From assembly GCA_002104905.1 (NCBI GenBank), contig MCFE01000442.1, positions 1 through 64,000 on the forward strand: a stretch of DNA of 64,000 bases, written 5' to 3'. The stretch is from Basidiobolus meristosporus CBS 931.73. Lineage: Eukaryota; Fungi; Basidiobolomycota. The notes under the pieces were generated by a model. The model saw only the letters and a list, made by a program, of their open reading frames with translations. It made no database searches and was not told the origin of the DNA. Positions 61,789 to 64,000 of this stretch are shown here, in pieces. Numbering within the stretch: position 1 is the stretch's first letter; each line of letters opens with the position of its first letter. The translations under genes and the position numbers were made by a program.

Positions 61789-62593
61789 ATGAACGTTTTA
61801 CTCAGAACTCAAGCTCCTCGTGCCTTCTCTTTGGCCAAAGCAGCCCAAGGTATGTCTCACCAGCCGCTATAAATCCCAGTTTTGCCCACTTTTGTAACCG
61901 TTGATACTATCCATCTAGCCAATTCACGAGTCTCTTCCGCTCTTTTCCACACAACCACCTCTCGCTGGGCTCAGGAGGATGGAAAAACCATTTACGGAAA
62001 GGATTTGACCCCCAGCTCACCCCAACTCAAAAAGTTCAGCGACAGAATCAGCGTCAAGTTGGACGACAGCGAACTCTTGTTGCAATCCATGACCCACAAG
62101 TCTTTTGATCACGCCAGAGTCCCCACTAACGAGCGTCTGGAATTTGTTGGTACGTACTTTCCGGACTAGAAAGTAACAACCATGCCTGTTCTCACCCGCC
62201 AGTTTTGTATAGGTGAAAAGGTGCTGAACATGTATGCCGCTCAACACATTTTTGAGAAGTTCGCCGATATCGATGCCCAGCAATACGAGGATCTCTTGGA
62301 GCAATACATCGGCAAGGATGCGCTTGCCCAATTCGGTCTTGATAATGGAATCGAGGAAGTTATGAGATGGAAGCCTGCATCCAACCAGAAGGACAGCAAG
62401 ATTGGCTTGAACACCGTATCCGCCAAGGCCGTGAGTGCCTTGGTTGGGGCCGTGTTCCATGCGCAGGTAAGGGGAATTTTTGTGGAGCCCATCCCAACCC
62501 ACACTAACCCTTGGTCCATCCCAGGGTGCCAAAAACGCCAAAGAAATCATCCAAAAGCATTTATTAGCCAAGAACGTAGAGCTATCTCAATAG
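61789..62593 (+). CDS. MRPL15: Mitochondrial large-subunit ribosomal protein mL57-like (RNase III-like fold), 4 exons
   Basis: Presequence-like N-terminus, LLLQSMTHKSFDHARVPTNERLEFVGEKVL, MRWKP, SAKAVSALVGAVFHAQG. Confidence 0.75.
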
Positions 62594-62930
62594 ATAATTC
62601 TCGCACATTTCCCACATCTCTACATTTCTCGACTTGGCCATCTCTAATTGCATTTTATAAACTGAAAAATAAATTTCCTTGTCATATGAACCTGGACCAA
62701 TCAGTGGTGGTGGAAATTGCTAGTGCCTGCTCTAACTATTCTCTGAGCACCGGCATGGAATATTTACGTACCAGGAAATTTGGTTTGCCGTGTCCCTCAT
62801 TGGTGGAAATTGCTTTGCTGGTAGGAAATGCTCAATAGAATTTGGCCTCAATAAAACCCACCTGGAAACTGGTCTTTTCGTTTCCCTATCTTGTTCAATT
62901 GCTTCGGTGTCCGCCTTAGCTTAATATAGT

Positions 62931-64000
62931 ATGTCAACTAGACCAGCAGCTCCTTCATCGCTCGTTGAGCGCCTCAAGCCATTGGCCCTCGTAAGTGACC
63001 CATCGTGTATGTTTGTTCGAGTGCAGGGTTGATTTACCGTGTCTTTAGTCTCCTAGATTTGCTTGGTGGGTTGGTCACTGCATCATCACTCTCGGCTCCT
63101 TCTTCTACTTCTTCAACAAGCTCTTTGGATCCGCCGCTTCTGCCCAGAGCTGGTACTATAGAGTGTATGTCGGTGTACTGCTCAGTTACGGTATCACCGT
63201 ATGGAAGACTTACGGTGTAGGTTTTCTACAGTAACGCCTTAGTTTCGTAGTCCTTTCACTCAACCCGCTTCCCTTTCGTTAGATGCCCCAATTCAACTCT
63301 GCCTTCTTGCAGCGTATCTTCATGGACGACAACGTCCACTATCTGCTGATGGGTCTCCTGTGGTACGTCTCTCCCCCACTCTTCGGTAAGTGCTTCAGCA
63401 CCTGAGCTCGCATAACGCTTTCGCATAACACGTGATTCTTCTCAGTTACCATTATTCCCTTCGCCGTCTATTCTCTCTTCCATGTGATCGATTTCGCTCG
63501 TGCTACCCTCCTCCCAGCCATCTTCCCTGACTTGAACTCTGCCACCCGCTCCCCTGGAGCCACCCAAGCTGCCAACATCGCTAAGGGTATCAAGCGCTTC
63601 AAGGACACCTACTATGATGCTGGTATGAAGAGTGTCGCCAAAGTTGAGGTTATTGGAGTAATGGGACTTCAATTGCTCGGTGCTATCACGTCAGTATCAA
63701 TCCATGAACTGTGTCGAACCCCTTGTCCAACCAACATGGCTTATTAACCCGCATCCAACCTCTTCTAGATTCCAATTGTCCCCCCTCGGTACCCTCTTCT
63801 ACGCCAACTTCCTCCGCATCCGCTACCACCTTTCCCCTCACATCCGTCAAACCTTTACCGAGGTTCGCACCTTCTTCGATAACCACCTTGTCTCCCCCAA
63901 CGCCAACCCTAAGATCCCCGCCATCGTCGGCAAGGGTTACGTCATGATCCGGGATGGCATTATCTCCTACGGACAGTCCATCGTCCGTCAACCCACTGCT
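62931..64000 (+). CDS. POM33: Pom33/TMEM33 ER and nuclear-pore membrane protein, stop not reached in the window
   Basis: FAWWVGH, YRVYVGVLLSYGITVWK, IFMDDNVHYLLMGLLW, IIPFAVYSLFHVIDFAR, YANFLRIRYHLSPHIRQTF. Confidence 0.85.

Overview
Gene-dense eukaryotic DNA from a fungus, probably early-diverging (Zoopagomycota/Mucoromycota-like; inferred from gene content and short ~50-70 nt GT-AG introns, not proven). About 23 protein-coding genes are recognisable: SEC3 (partial), CDK8/SSN3, a CHY zinc finger, two eIF4A copies, RPL23, RPL12, a small secreted protein, a large atypical kinase, Hikeshi/OPI10, a C2H2 factor, RSP5, casein kinase I, an SLC49-like MFS transporter, PHO88, RPS12, a secreted tyrosinase, LITAF, a 7TM-RGS fusion, RNA14, FKS1, an R3H-SUZ protein, TFB3, GPI2, mL57 and POM33 (partial). 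A ~7 kb gene-free island (18.3-25.2 kb) holds a CpG-depleted cluster of nested solo LTRs and a copia RNase H relic. Strongest leads: (1) a kinase with WNK-style lysine relocation fused to a degenerate bromodomain; (2) two eIF4A paralogues 47.3 kb apart with only 2 differences over 1,115 bp but different introns and N-termini (gene-conversion signature); (3) a triple-nested, orientation-alternating LTR stack with readable 5-bp TSDs; (4) an oversized RNA14 intron 1 carrying AATAAA, resembling CstF-77 intronic-polyadenylation autoregulation; (5) a +1 frameshift in the RSP5 C2 domain; (6) an F639Y-equivalent residue in FKS1 echinocandin hot spot 1. No tRNA, rRNA or CRISPR array was found. Exon structures were read by eye and some 5' ends are uncertain.
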